A DNA stretch of 64,000 bases from Octopus sinensis (taxonomy: Eukaryota). The stretch spans positions 10,044,001 to 10,108,000 of the forward strand of contig NC_043021.1 in assembly GCF_006345805.1 (NCBI RefSeq). The letters are read 5' to 3'. This document shows positions 13,198 to 27,069 of the stretch, one piece after another. The notes below the pieces were generated by a model. That model did not search any database, was not told the DNA's origin, and saw only the letters and a program-made list of their open reading frames with translations. The position numbers were made by a program, and so were the translations under genes. Position 1 is the stretch's first letter, and each line of letters begins with the position of its first letter.

Positions 13198-13889
13198 AGT
13201 ATGGCGTAGATGTAATCAAATGAATCCCTCTACTTTGAAATTCACAGGCTTTGTATCTAAATTAGAATTCTTTTCGGCCAAGTCCGAGAGAGATAACTCC
13301 GTACGTGTTCCGCTATTTTATTTTTCTTTACATCATCAGCGAACCAGCAATAACCTTAACTGCAAATCAGTCAGTGAAGAGCTAAATGAATCATTATGTG
13401 GTGAATATAACATGACTAACCGCTGTTCTGGGTCAAGCGCGCCTAAACTAATTTCTTTTTCTATGGCTAACAGTCGACAGACCTGCGTTGGTTTAAAAAT
13501 AAAATTGACATTTGCAAATGTCATATATATAATCTCAGCCAGTGCAAAACACACAGTAATGTTGTTTGATTAATCTAAATAACATCGTTTCTAAAATAGC
13601 TGACGTAAGGTTGTGATTCTTGTTTCTGGTTTGTTTTGCCTTCACGAAGTAAACAACTAATTACTAGAAATAGCAGCCAAATCACTCTCTGTCTTTGTCT
13701 CTGTCTGTCTGTCTCTCTCTTTCTCCTGTCACACCTTATATTTTGTCTTTTACTTGTTTCAGTCATTTCGACTGTGACCAGGCTGGGGCAATGTCTTGAA
13801 GGGAATGTACTCGAACAAATCGACCCCCCAACCCCCTTCACCACTATTTAAACCTGGTACTTATTTTATCGGTCTCGTTTTGCCAAGAC

Positions 13890-14100
13890 TGTGCTGTTGG
13901 AACAGGGTTGAATATGCTGGGTTTCTTGGCGCGGTTGAGGACTTCGATGTTGATGGTTCGGTGGGTCCACTTGGTATTTAAGATACGCCTCAAGCTACGA
14001 ATGTGGAAGACTTTGAGAAGCCACTTATGTCTGGAGTAGAGGCTCTAATGTCCCACAGGTTGTCAAATAGAGGGTGTCATACGTGTATATAAAGGTGTTT
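13890..14100 (-). mobile_element. RTE-type LINE fragment (post-RT C-terminal region)
   Basis: Minus-strand translation LYSRHKWLLKVFHIRSLRRILNTKWTHRTINIEVLNRAKKPSI resembles the conserved RTE motif W..Y.RH...LE.FH.RCLRRIL.I.W.D..TN.EVL.RA..PSI. Confidence 0.65.
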
Positions 14101-14365
14101 TACCCGATTCTCTATGCTGTTTTCACAACTATTTTCCCGCGTTCGAGATTTCTTTCATTTCTACAATACCAACTCACTCGACGCTTCAATGTTTGTTTAT
14201 AAAAATGTTCTCACACTCCAAAAGGTATTATTTATCGTCATAACAAACAGGAGCTGTTGTCAAGAATCGTCTACCTCAATGGTACAGAGTTTGGTTCTCT
14301 GTAACAGCTTTGCTGGCCACCCCACTTCCGTCTATAAGGGTATTTTACCCGATATTCCAAGCTGT

Positions 14366-14409
<44 letters not shown>

Positions 14410-14689
14410 CTACGGAGTGTTTTTTTTTTTCAGATTCCATCTACCAAATCCACTCACGAGGCTTTTGGCTGCCCCGGGGGGTATAGTAGAAAATACTTGC
14501 CTTAGATGCCGCACAGTGGGACTGAACCCTTGACAGCATAGTTGGGAAGCAATCTTCTTAACCACAGCCACCTATACTTCAAACACATCTTCAAAATCTC
14601 CGTCGAGTTTAGAATGTGAATGGGACATTGTGTTATTATTGAGTAGAAACATGACTGATTTATGCACCAAGGTCCAATATAATTAATCG

Positions 14690-14885
14690 ATATGTCTTCT
14701 ACGGCGAGCTGGCAGCAACGTTTGGATGTCGGATGTATGCGTTGCGGAATTTGTTCCAGCTCTTTATATCCGATGAAGATCAACTTTGCCTTCATCCTTC
14801 CGGAAACGATAAAATAAAGCACCAGTCTAAGAATAGGATCTATGGTACTGATTTAATCCGTCCCTTAAAAATTACTGATCTTGTG
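14690..14885 (+). mobile_element. SINE-B (diverged)
   Basis: ggcgagctggcagcaacg..caactttgccttcatccttccgga.. Confidence 0.7.
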
Positions 14886-14930
14886 TCTGAATCGAAAACC
14901 ATTATAGAAGTCCTCGTCTTCAATACTAAT

Positions 14931-15333
14931 TTACTCTTTTACTTGTTTCAGTCATTTGACTGTGACCATGCTGGAGCACCGCCTTTAGTCGAGCAAATCG
15001 ACCCCAGGACTTATTCTTTGTAAGCCTACTACTTATTCTATCGGTCTCTTTTGCCGAACCGCTAAGTTACGGGGACGTAAACACACCAGCATCGGCTGTC
15101 AAGTGATGTTGCGGGGAGGGGGGCAAACATAGACACACAAACATATACACTCACATATATCTATATGTACATATACACGACGGGCTTCTTTCAGTTTCCG
15201 TCCACCAAATCCACTCACAAGGCTTTGGTCGGCCCGAGGCTATGGTAGAAGACACTTGCCCAAGGTGTCACGCAGTGGGACTGAACCCTGAACCATGTGA
15301 TTGGTAAGCAAGCTACTTACCACACAGCCACTC
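14931..15333 (-). mobile_element. SINE-A, full length
   Basis: Family match; followed by (GAA)n at 15334-15453. Confidence 0.9.
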
Positions 15334-15770
15334 AGAAGAAAGAAGAAGAAGAAGAAGAAGAAGAAGAAGAAGAAGAAGAAGAAGAAGAAGAAGAAGAAGA
15401 AGAAGAAGAAGAAGAAGAAGAAGAAGAAGAAGAAGAAGAAGAAGAAGAAGAAGGTATTCGCCTGAACAAATATCTAAAACTAGGCACAAGCTGAATGAGA
15501 TTATATAACGAAATATTGATAATAAACAACAGGCGAAATTAATTTCTGCTTGATTAAATCAATCTCTTGTTCTGTTTTTTGTTTGTTTGTTTGTTTTTGT
15601 TTGTTTATTTGTTTGCTTTTATTTTTTTTTGTTTTTTAATTGTAAAAAAAATAATCTTGCACAGCATGTCCACAAGGCGTTAGTAAAACGTCGTTCAGAG
15701 AAGCGATGCACTTAGCAACGAAAGTTTGAGAACCGCTCGCGTTACAGGATTGTAAAAATAAATAAATGAA

Positions 15771-15809
<39 letters not shown>

Positions 15810-15904
15810 AAATTAATAAACGTGAAAATGGCCGCTGTAGTACGATGGTGTGAAAACCCACTAGAGCGACTTTTGATTTTGATACATACAGAACTTAGAT
15901 GATT

Positions 15905-16270
15905 ATAGGCACGGCTGTGTAATAAGAAGTTTACTTCCTAACCGCAATGGTTCCTGGTTCAGTTCCACTGCGTGGCACCTTGGGCAACTGTCTTCTACTT
16001 ATAGCCTCGGACCGGTGAGCTGGCAGACACGTTAGCGCTCCGGGCGAAATGCTTAGCGGTATTTCGTCTGTCGTTAAGTTTTGAGTTCAAATTCCGCCGA
16101 GGTTGACTTTGCCTTTCATCCTTTCGGGGTCGATAAATTAAGTACCAGTTCCGCACTGGGGTCGATGTAATCGACTTAATACCTATGTCTGTCCTCGAAA
16201 TATATAGCCTCGGACCGACCAAAGCCTTGTGAGTGGATTTGATAGACGGAAACTTAAAGAAGCCTTTCGC
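15905..16270 (+). mobile_element. SINE-A 5' half with a nested SINE-B at 16014-16202
   Basis: 14-bp TSD TATAGCCTCGGACC at 16000-16013 and 16203-16216. Confidence 0.85.
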
Positions 16271-16611
16271 GTATATATATATATATATATATATGCATTT
16301 AAGCATATGTCCAGTAATAGAGTGACCAATGGTTTACTTTAGAGTGTTTGCTTCTTACACTGACGATGTGTGTGTATGTGTGTATGTATGTATGTATGTA
16401 TATATGTATGTATGTATGTCTATGTGTGTGTGTCATTCAAGCGAGGTGGCATCATTCAAAAGCTACAACAATGCAAGTAAGCGCATTGTGACCAGCGGTG
16501 TACCACCACTTCCAAATAGTCTGGTCGATAGCGTAATACAGAGATAATTTTACAAATGAAGTTGCTTTGAAACGATTTCTGGATCATCTCGTTTCTTTTT
16601 ACCTTTTTTTC

Positions 16612-16828
16612 TTTTTACTATTTGTTTCAGTCATTAGACTGCGGCCATGCTGGGGCATCACCATGAAGAGCTTTTAGTCAAATGTATCGGCCCCAGTACT
16701 TACTTTTTATAAGCCTGGTACTTATTCTATCGCTCTTTTTTGCCGAACCGCTAAGTTAGGAGGACGTAAGCACACCAGCATCGGTTGTCAAGCGGTGGGA
16801 GGGACGAACATAGACACAAAGACACGCG

Positions 16829-16894
<66 letters not shown>

Positions 16895-17300
16895 TACATA
16901 CACAACACACATACATAAATACGACAGGGTTCTTTCAGTTTCCGTCAACCAAATCCACTGACAAGGCTTGGTCGGCCCGAGGCTATAGTAGAAGACACTT
17001 ACCCAAGGTGCCACGCAGTGAGACTGAACTCGGAACCATGTAGTTCATAAGCAAGCTACTTACCACACAGCCTAGCGGATTATATCATATCATTTCACGA
17101 ACGATCATCATCATCTTGGCGAGAAAAGACAATGTAAAATCTTCGTGCTTAGCAAGAAGTGATCATTTTCAACACGTCTACCAAATCCACTCATAAGGCT
17201 TTGGTTGACCCGAGGCTATAGTAGAAGACACTTGCCCAAGGTGCCACGCAGTGGGACTGAACTCGGAACCATGTGGCCGGGAAGCAGGCTTCTTACCACA
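16612..17300 (-). mobile_element. SINE-A full length (16612-17090) plus a second 5' fragment (17175-17300)
   Basis: Family matches. Confidence 0.85.
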
Positions 17301-17612
17301 CTACTTAGAATCAACAGACTAATTTGACACAGATTAACGGGAGAGGATTAACGGAGTTTAACGAGAGGATATTAAGAGAAGCTAACAAGATTAACGAGCG
17401 AAATATTTGTAATTTCGGAGTTTTAGCTCGTAAATTATATGATAGGAAAATATTTTACATAAATCGTCAGAAACTCGTGTGTTATTCCGACATAGCTCTA
17501 GTTTATGACACTAAGACAAATCCTTCGGGATTTTAATTTAAAGGCTGCATGTTGTATAGAGAGAATAAAATCCCTAGATAATGTTTTGATTAAATTATCA
17601 TTCTGAATTACA

Positions 17613-18008
17613 TAGGCGCAGGAGTGGCTGTGTGGTAAGTAGCTTGCTTACCAACCACATGGTTCCGGGTTCAGTCCCACTGCGTGGCACTTTTTGGCAA
17701 GTGTCTTCTACTATAACCTCGGGCCGACCAAAGCCTTGTGAGTGGATCTGGTAGACGGAAACTGAAAGAAGCCCGTCGTATATATGTATATGTACATATG
17801 TGTGTTTGTGTGTCTGTGTTTGTCTCCACCCCCAACCAATGCTGGTGTGTTTACGTCCCCGTAACTTAGCGGTTCGGCTAAAAGAGAACCGATAGAATAA
17901 GTACTGGGCTTACAAAGAATAAGTCCTGGGGGTCGATTTGCTCGACTAAAGGCGGTGCTCCAGCATGGCCGCAGTCAAATGACCGAAACAAGTAAAAGAA
18001 TAAAAGAG
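17613..18008 (+). mobile_element. SINE-A, full length, near-consensus
   Basis: taggcgcaggagtggctgtgtggtaagtagc..aaatgaccgaaacaagtaaaagaataaaagag. Confidence 0.9.
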
Positions 18009-18366
18009 AGAGTGCGTTAATATTTTGTTTTGAACAATAAAACATCGCATTCGCTTAATTTGTGAGTTGAAAATAAATAAATAAATAAATAACAAATAGA
18101 GATAACGAGAGGGGGAGAGAGGGAGAGAAAGAGAGAGATAACGAAAGAGAAAGAGAGAGAAAAAAAAGCAGGATAGCAACTGTTAAAATGTATAAGTTAC
18201 ATTTGTGTTGAAATTTCTTAGTGCATGCACTAAGAATGTTTGTTTAGCGCATGCGCAAATACTAATACCACTCGAACCAACAAGTACTTGTTTTGAATGT
18301 TTTCTGTTTCAGACCATAACGTTCGACTTATCCGGTTTTGGGAGAGATGACCTTCAACCTCTCATG

Positions 18367-18477
18367 CCTCGGATTCAGGATTTTCCTCGGATTCCGGATT
18401 TTCCTCGGATTCCGGATTTTACCTCGGATTCCGGATTTTACCTAGGATTCCGGATTTTACCTCGGATTCTGGATTTT
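18367..18477. repeat. Minisatellite, 6 x 18/19-bp (A)CCTCGGATTCCGGATTTT
   Basis: Three 18-bp units followed by three 19-bp units, read directly. Confidence 0.9.
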
Positions 18478-18727
18478 CCTAATATCCTGACAGAATAAGA
18501 AATAAAATCTCACGCAAACTTTGAAACCACCACCCTCTCTATAAGAAAACAAAAGACTTATGTTATTTCCGGTTTATAAACTTAAAGGAAATGCTACGTC
18601 ATAGATAAAACTTCCCAATACGCTTGAAGTCCTTACTTTTTGATATCTTACTTCAATATATTTGTTCCTTGTTTAAACCCCATCACCACTACGTACATAC
18701 TTTCCCACGGTTTAGATAACATGCAGT

Positions 18728-18996
18728 TAGGACCGGCGCTAGGAAGTACGGAGCGCAATTAGAGAATTGCCAGTGGGGCCCTCTACTCTATAAAAGCTGA
18801 AGATTGAGGTTTTATGCTTCGTGTAGTGCGCCAGTCCCAGCCAAAAAGCGTTGAGGGCTTGAGGCTCCACCATTAGCCGCAGTGATATACTAAAAGTTCA
18901 TCATAGCGTCCTCTGCTTGGGCGTGTACGCGAGGCCCTCTCTTTGCGCGGGGTCCAGTTTGAGCAAGTCTGTTTAATTGGTTTAAAACCGGCACTG
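18728..18996. mobile_element. hAT-like MITE, 269 bp
   Basis: 8-bp TSD CATGCAGT at 18720-18727 and 18997-19004; degenerate TIRs TAGGACCGG / CCGGCACTG. Confidence 0.65.
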
Positions 18997-20079
18997 CATG
19001 CAGTTAACCGTCGTAAAAGAAAGTGAAAGTAAACTGTCCTAAAAAAGATAAAAGTAAATTGCACTAGAAACCGAAAGTAACAACAGAAAGACTATAGATG
19101 CTCGCCAATAGGCTTAAGTAATTTTTAGGATCAAACTGCAATAGACATGAACTGGAGTAAACATGAAATATAATTTCGCAGTGAAATGGTTAAATCTTTT
19201 CTGTGATGGATTTTAGCATTGCCAAATCGTCCGAAAACACTTTTTTGATGTTTCGTTTCGTCCTTTGTAAAATTTAACTGTATGAAAGAAAACGGAAAAG
19301 ATGAATAAAGAAATATAGTAATTTTTAAGAAGGGAGGAGCTTGAGACTATGGAATGTATATCAAAGGATCCCTAAGAGTAGAAAAAAGGTTAGGAAACGC
19401 TGATGCAGACAATATACATATTGAAAGTGAGATTGGTCCTTGAAGCCGACGTGGAGTAAACAATAGCCATATTTCTGTACTTTAGAGACCTCATCATCAT
19501 CATTGTTCGACCCACCTACCTACCTACCTACTTACCTACCTGCCTACATACATACATACATGAATACATACATACATACATACATACGTACGTACGTATA
19601 TTCTATGCATACCTATCTACTGGTTGGTGTCTCCTTGTCTGTCTTTTCGCTTATTCATCGCTGCTCTACTTCTATACGCCATTAAAATGTCAGTGGATGT
19701 ATTAAATAAGCTTTTATAACTGTCACCATTCTTTCTGTGACCAGCCAACAACAATGCAAGCTTTATCCAAGCTGTCACTTCAAGTCAGGGTCGTTGTCGT
19801 CATCATCATCATCAGCAGCAGCAGCATTATCATCATTATCATCATTATCATCATTGGATCTTTTGTTTCTTTTATCCATGGCGGCGGCAAGTAGAGGGTG
19901 GGGTGTCGATTATATAAAGTACCAGTAAAATACTTCAGCCCACCTAATAATTGCTTTTACCTCTTTACCCTCCTTCTCAGGTGCGTGTCCTTGAGCCTAA
20001 GGGTACACCTTTATTAGTGTTGTTGTTGGCATTGTTGATGTTGACAATCTTCAAGCTTTGAACAACAAAACTACTACTA

Positions 20080-20087
20080 CTACCACC

Positions 20088-20148
<61 letters not shown>

Positions 20149-20193
20149 ATACTACTACTACTACTGCTGCTGCCTCTGCTGCTGCTGCTGCTG

Positions 20194-20247
<54 letters not shown>

Positions 20248-20285
20248 TACTACTACTACTACTACTACTAACTGCTGCTGCTGCT
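20080..20285. repeat. (CTA)n/(CTG)n microsatellite
   Basis: Directly visible. Confidence 0.95.
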
Positions 20286-21332
20286 TTTTACATTTTTACG
20301 AACATTGTATCAATATAATCCCGGGCAACATTATGTAATGTGTCTCTTCCTTCAAAATATCATAGGGGTGCCCTTTTAAGGAGGGTGGGGATTTGGCTAT
20401 TGTTTTTGGCAGGCCGAGTAACCATGTGGACGCTCCATCATTGTTGTTGTTGTTTTTGATATTGTTGTTTCTGCTGTTATTGTTAACTGCTACGTTAAAG
20501 GAGAGTCCAATTCCCATCACAGTGTATCTAGGACTACGTTGTCCAATGAAACTTTCTTCATTTAAGGCATCCAGGTGTGATTTTGAGGGGATACTTAGCT
20601 ACCATTTCTAATCGTTCGGACAACCAAATAGGGGTTTCTCATTAGCTTGTGTTACTCGAGCATTAATTTTGTTGTTGCTTAGCCCCAGGTCAGTTCATAT
20701 CCAGAAGACCAGTGATCATAGTTCTGACTCTCTTGTCTACTCAGAGTCGAGCAAAACTGTATTGTACAGTCTGTTCTTACAGTTCTTGAGGAGTCGGAGT
20801 GTTTTGAGGAAGATTTTGCTGCTTTCTCTTGTAGGTCGAAAGACCACGTAGAATTTCATCACTAGATCATGACAAGCAATTGTTGTTATTATTGTTCTTA
20901 TTTAACTCTAGCTCAACGCAAAGGTGTTCCAGACTGGCCGTCTAGGTTTAACACACAGTTTATGGTCTTATAAAATGTGAAAGTTACTTGCAATAAATAA
21001 AAACCGGAAATGATGACAGTGACATCGCAAATTTTCATTAAAAAAAACATAAAGATTTACGGAGATGTACTTGCATAGCAAGTGACCTGATCTGAGATCG
21101 TGTGCTGGAACGAAAACAATTGCAGCGTGGAAGGTGTTTATAAGCCATTTAAGAAACACACAAAATCAGTTAGATTCACTTCAACATTTAAATTTAATTT
21201 GTTAAAATATTCTCGTCGCTTTGAGACCGCGACCTGTTCACTGACAAAATTCCGTGCTGCATCTCATAAAGAGTTTTCTCATTATGCCACACCTTCAAGG
21301 ACCTTCTAGTGACATGTGAAGTATTGGTGACC

Positions 21333-21530
21333 GGTAGTAAAATCACAGGAAAAAAGTCACAGTAATAAAGTCACGATCTTGGCTAGGAAAAAAAGTCACA
21401 GAAAATAAGTCCCAATTAATTTATAGGATCCAGACCACCCCCCAAGGACAAAACCCCCTTGGACAACTCCCACCGGACAAAACCCTTGTGACTTTTTTTT
21501 CCTGTGCCTTTTTTTTTTTACCTGGATTCG
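21333..21530. mobile_element. Small inverted-repeat non-autonomous element
   Basis: GGTAGTAAAATCACAGGAAAAAAGTCACA vs TGTGACTTTTTTTTCCTGTGCC..TTACC, with internal GGACAAAACCC repeats. Confidence 0.5.
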
Positions 21531-21859
21531 AAGTATTTCAGAAGTAGCGGCTGAGGTACGCCGTTCCAATATACCATATCTAGCAATGAACACCACTGAG
21601 AAGTGTGTAACGTACACTCTAGTGAAATTCCTCTCTCCTTTATTATACATACGTAGAATAGCGCCAAAAGGTTAGCAGATAACAGCTAACCTTTTGGTGC
21701 TATTTGGACCTTGTTATGTTCACCACTCTGATTGGATGGTATTGGCGCAATTTGTCTCTTACTCTGTCGCGCCAATCTGCAGGATGTAACCAGGCGGAGC
21801 CTCCAAATAAATCACGTGAGACAGTCTGTTCTAAACTCCAATTTGAGCCTACTGTTAGT

Positions 21860-22769
21860 TATAAAAACTCAACTTCCTGTTGGCCAATTCTAGACGTTTC
21901 TCTTGAATTGCCGCTCTTAATTCGTCCAGTTGTGTGCAGTATTTCTCAGAATTAATTGTCTGATTACTTGGGAAAAGCTCATAGTACAGAATTCCTTTCC
22001 AATCCCACCAGACACAAAGCAAGACTTTTTTGGGGTGAAGACCCGCTTTTGGGGTGGCTGAGGGTAGCTCATGTCGCTTACTCCAGGATCGCTTTCTCAG
22101 AACATTTCGGTAGATAATCCATTTCTCATCACCTGTCACAATTTGCTTTAAAATAGGCGCGTTTTCATTCCGTTTATAAAGCGAATCACGAAAGGAAATG
22201 CGATCCAAAAGGTTCTTCTCCCTCAACTCATATGGTACCCAAACATCATAGCGATTTGTGTACCCAAGCTTTACCAGGTGCTCATGAACGATGGATTTTT
22301 ATAGGTTGAGGCTTTCTGCCAATTCTCGGGTTGTGCAATGTGGGTTATTCTCAATTAAGGACTTGATTTGGTCATCATCTGTAGTGGATGGTCTGCCTAT
22401 CGCTCTTTATCAATAAGGCTACAATCTCCAGCTCGGAACCTTGCGAACCACTTCCGTACAGTTCTTTCGGAGAAAGAAACATCACCGTAAACTGCGCATA
22501 TTTCTTTGGTTGCTTCTGAGGCATTTTTCCCTTTACGGAAAAAGAAAAGTATCACGTACCGAAAATGAACTTTCTTATCTTCCATTTTAAAGGGTTACAG
22601 AATTAATACAGGTTATAGGAACATAAAGCTTCTTCCACGAAAAGATAGCTTAAACTGTGCTCTAAATGGAGGTGTAGTCAAAAGCTGTTTTATGGACTCA
22701 ACCATGTTCTAAAATAAGTCGAAAGGTAAGCTACTATAAATCGGCACGAACTTTCCGGACAACCCAATA
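21860..22769 (-). mobile_element. Mariner (Mos1-like) element, 3'-truncated pseudogene
   Basis: 5' TIR (TA)TTGGGTTGTCCGGAAAGTTCGTGCCGATTT at 22738-22769; MEDKKVHFRY..KWFARFRAG, then a frameshift, DVWVPYEL, IVTGDEKWI, LHPKKVLLCVWWD; ends before the HDNARPH motif. Confidence 0.92.
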
Positions 22770-23334
22770 CAATTTATTTTTGCCAGCAGAGTGAACAGGA
22801 GCAACGTGAAATAAAGTGTCTTGCTCAAGGACACAACACACCACCAGATAACGAACTGACGACCTCACGATCGTGTGCAGAATACCTCTGAACATTAAGC
22901 CACGCCCCTTCTGGGAGTATTGCTGCGGTGGATGTGAAAGAGGATCAAAGGAAGCAATTTGCTGGGTTTCTTTTTAATAAGGCTCAAGGTCATTGATCGA
23001 CGTTTGCAAGAGTGGGGAAGGGGATTATGCGATGTTCATGCATTCTCATCAAAGATCATTCATATTGTAATTGCTGACAATTTAATAACAGTCTCCCGGG
23101 AAGCCGTGGTCGAGACACGGTTTCAAAACCCGGTTTCATCTATTGTTGTTTTAACCTTTCAAGTCATCTTCAAAGTAAATGAGCAGAGAATACTAAGTGA
23201 ATGAGCAGAGAACCGGAGTCAGTTAATCGCCATTATTAACTTACAGATGTTTCTGCTGCAGTAAGCAATTCACTCGGAGCCGAGTGTTGAGCAACATTCT
23301 AGCATCCTCGGAGCTGTAAGCTAATCAAAGTCTC

Positions 23335-23559
23335 TCTTATCCTTTTACTTGCTTCGGTCATTTGACTGTGGCCGTGCTGGAGCACCGCCTTTAGTCGAGC
23401 AAATTGACCACAGGACTTATTCTTTGGAAGTCTAGTACTTATTTTATCTGTGTCTTTTGCCGAACCGCTAAGTTACAGGGATGTAAACATACCAGCATCG
23501 GTTGTCAACCGATGTTGGAGGGACAAACACAGACACTCAATTATATACACACACATACG

Positions 23560-23627
<68 letters not shown>

Positions 23628-23785
23628 CCACGGGCTTCTTCAGTTTCCGTCTACCAAATCCACTCACAAGGCTTTGGTCAGCCCGAGGCTATAGTAGAAG
23701 ACACTTGCCCAAAGTGCCACGCAGTGGGACTGAACCCAGAACCATGTGGTTGGTAAGCAAGCTACTTACCACTCAGCCACTCCTA
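23335..23785 (-). mobile_element. SINE-A, full length
   Basis: Family match. Confidence 0.9.
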
Positions 23786-24231
23786 GTTGTATTCTCTTTC
23801 GTCATTCATTAATATTCGCGTGTAATACACACACACACACACACACACGAGGTGGGGGGACTGAAACGTTCCTGGTTTTAAGGGTGTCGCGAAAGGCCTT
23901 GTTGGAGACACTACCTTCTGAGTTCTGTTACAGGACTTGGAAAAACAGAAGGATCGTTGTAAGAAGTGTGTGAATCTGAGAAGGGAATATGTTGAATAAA
24001 ATCATAATTAACTGATTCTTCCCTATATTCTTTTACTCAAAGCCAGGAACTTTTCAGCATCCCTTCGTATATATTATATATAATAAGCACCTAGGTGCAG
24101 AACAAGGTGAGGGAAAATAGTACACGAATACCAAAAGCAGAATAAAATAGTATATTATAGAACCCGGAAAATCTGTTATACAGTTTCACATAACCGGTCG
24201 GTAAAACAATATGCATATCTACATACACACA

Positions 24232-24308
<77 letters not shown>

Positions 24309-24310
24309 TA

Positions 24311-24608
24311 TCTTTATATATAAAAGAAAGGTTGTGTGTCTGTCTACTCCGATTTAGATTCCTAACTACTCCCACATTTTGCGGTGCAGTTTAACCAAAA
24401 CCGGGTATCTTATAGTTGTGATTCATATCAAGCCCTTCTGGGTATTAGCGCGCGTCTACGATGAGTCTACGATTTAAAAAAAAATTTACCATCATTTTTT
24501 TTTTCCATTTTTAATGCATTTTTTGCTATTTTTTGGCTATAACTCTCTAAAAATGCTTATATAGTTATTTCCCTTACAAACCCGAGCAACGCCGGGCGAT
24601 ACTGCTAG
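24311..24608 (+). mobile_element. Non-autonomous Helitron, 298 bp
   Basis: Inserted A|TC...CTAG|T; 5' TCTTTATATATAAAAG; 3' hairpin CCCGAGCAACGCCGGG a few bp upstream of the terminal CTAG. Confidence 0.85.
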
Positions 24609-25705
24609 TATATTATATAATCATGACCACACACACAACCACACACACACACACACACACACACAACACACACACACACACACACACACAATCATACGTA
24701 CGTGTTGCCGAGGTTTCACTGTTGCTTTTTTGTTTGTATACCAAAAAACAAGCGGCCATAATCGTGGTTTGGGATGCATATGTTCGAAGGTAGAGACAAA
24801 GCGAGTGAAAGAGGGTGAGAGAAAGAGAGGGAGTAAGTATAAATGAAAGAGATAGGGAAACATCAATACAGGATGTTCTTTCATGAATGGTTGGGAAAAA
24901 AAACGTACATTGATAAATACTTTATTCTTATTAGTTAAAAATAACTTGTTTGGTTGGTCAGTCGGAAATTGATTCTTAGAAAAACTGATAGTATATATCG
25001 ATTTATTTGTGGCCCAGATATTTTAAACCATTCCGAGTTGAATCTAAACGAACAACTGTACGTGGCCGTAATGGTGATCGATCAATTAGCTCACTTCTGA
25101 CGGCTAAATTAATGGACAGTCGATATTATATTGTTCATGGTTTCGTTGCAATAAGTAGACAGCGTCCATAAAAATAAAACAGAATAAAATGAACTCCTGT
25201 TGCATGTAAGCTTAAACTACCGAACTCGAGCCTCGTTTTGACATGTCTTATCTCCGTCCAAATTTCCCCCCTTCCTTTCTGCTTTCCCACTGCAGTTGAA
25301 TGACCTCTTTATTGCTGGAACAATAATAAATCATGGTGATTATTATTATTATCATTTTTTTAAAAATCATTTATTTGTATATGAGAGGTGTGGGGGTTGA
25401 TACGAAGATGCTATCCACCCGTATTTTGCTTAACCTAGTAGAATTATCTCAAATCACATGTCGACCCCATTTAAAAGAGAGAACGCATTAACCCAGTGTT
25501 TCCCGACCTGAAGGTGTTAAAATTCGGTGAGTGCTGGGATTAGATAAGAAACAAACTGAAATTAAACTTAACCTGCGTTTGGATACCATTTCCAAAGATG
25601 TGTAGAAGGCCGGTCCATTTTGTCATCAAGGAGTGGTGGTTGTGATGCGGAACTGACAAAAAATTTGAAACATGGTATCAGACAACGCAGTCGTAGTTTA
25701 GGAGT

Positions 25706-26008
25706 GTGGAGGCGCAATGGCCCACTGGTTAGGGCAGCGGACTCGCGGTCGTAGGATCGCGATTTCGATTCCCAGACCGGGCGTTGTGAGTGTTTATTGA
25801 GCGAAAACACCTAAAGCTCCACGAGGCTCCGTCAGGGATGGTGGTGATCCCTGCTGTACTCTTTCACCACAACTTTCTCTCACTCTTACTTCCTGTTTCT
25901 GTTGTACCTGTATTTCAAAGGGCCGGCCTTGTCACTCTCTGTGTCACGCTGAATATCCCCGATCAACCGGAACCCTCGTCGTCGTAACCGACGGAGTGCT
26001 TCCCATCC
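25706..26008 (+). mobile_element. SINE-C variant (tRNA-like head, distinct tail)
   Basis: A-box-like TGGCCCACTGGTTAGG and B-box-like TTTCGATTCCC; 11-bp TSD AGTTTAGGAGT at 25695-25705 and 26009-26019. Confidence 0.85.
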
Positions 26009-26344
26009 AGTTTAGGAGTCATGTAAACAGTGTATGTGAAATAACCAAACGTATCCAATACATAAACGCATATATATGACATGAAAACTGTACACATATT
26101 TTGTAAAAGATGAAAACAACCATATTTACTGGTAAAAATATAGCAGTCATTGATGCATGAAAAGGGATTCGTGAACAACTTTGCATGATCTCGAAATCTG
26201 TTTCGCCAGACATTCTCATGAAAATATACTGTAAAGATATCATCACTTCCTACATTGTAGCCCAAGTTTCTTCTTTTGTCATCTCTTGTTTCTATCGCAA
26301 AGTACTTAGTTTTTGCTTTTGTTTATTTTTTAAATTCTTTTTCT

Positions 26345-26983
26345 TTTTGTACATGTTTCAGTCATTTGACTGCGGCCATGCAGGAGCACCGTCTTTTGTT
26401 CGAGCAAATCGATCCCAGGACTTATTCTTTGTAAGCCTAGTACTTATTTTATCGTTGTCTTTTGCCGAACCGCTAAGTTACAGGAACGTAAACACACCAG
26501 CGTCAGTTGTCAAGCGATGTTTGGGGGAGGGACAAACACAGACACACAAATATATATATATACTCTTTTACTCTTTTACTTGTTTCAGTCATTTGACTGT
26601 GGCTATGCTGGAGCACTGCCTTTAGTCGAGCAAATCGACCCCAGGACTTATTCTTTGTAAGTCTAGTAATTATCCTTTCGGTCTTTTGCCGAACCGCTAA
26701 GTTACGGGGACGTAAACACACCAGCATCGGTTGTCAAGCGATGTTGGGGGGACAAACACAGACACACAAACATATACACACACACATACATATATATGTA
26801 TACATATATACGACGGGTTTCTTTCAGTTTCCGTCCACCAAATCCACTCACAAGGCTTTGGTCGGCCCGAGGCTATAGTAGAAGACACTTGCCCAAGGTG
26901 CCACGTGTCACGTTCAGTGGGACTGAACCCGGAACCATGTGGTTGGTAAGCAAGCCACTTACCACACAGCCACGTCTGCGCCT
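26345..26983 (-). mobile_element. SINE-A 3' half (26345-26550) in tandem with a full-length SINE-A (26563-26983)
   Basis: Family matches. Confidence 0.85.
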
Positions 26984-27069
26984 ATTTATTTATTTTTCTT
27001 AATTCTTTTTTTTTACAACAATAAATTGCATGTAGACGAGGAGTTTACTGTTTAACATGTGGTTTTTCT

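Noticed and set aside
17324-17536. 70-aa ORF (..GLTEFNERILREANKINERNICNFG..)
   Set aside because: No ATG or splice context and no confidently recognisable family; possibly a decayed TE fragment.
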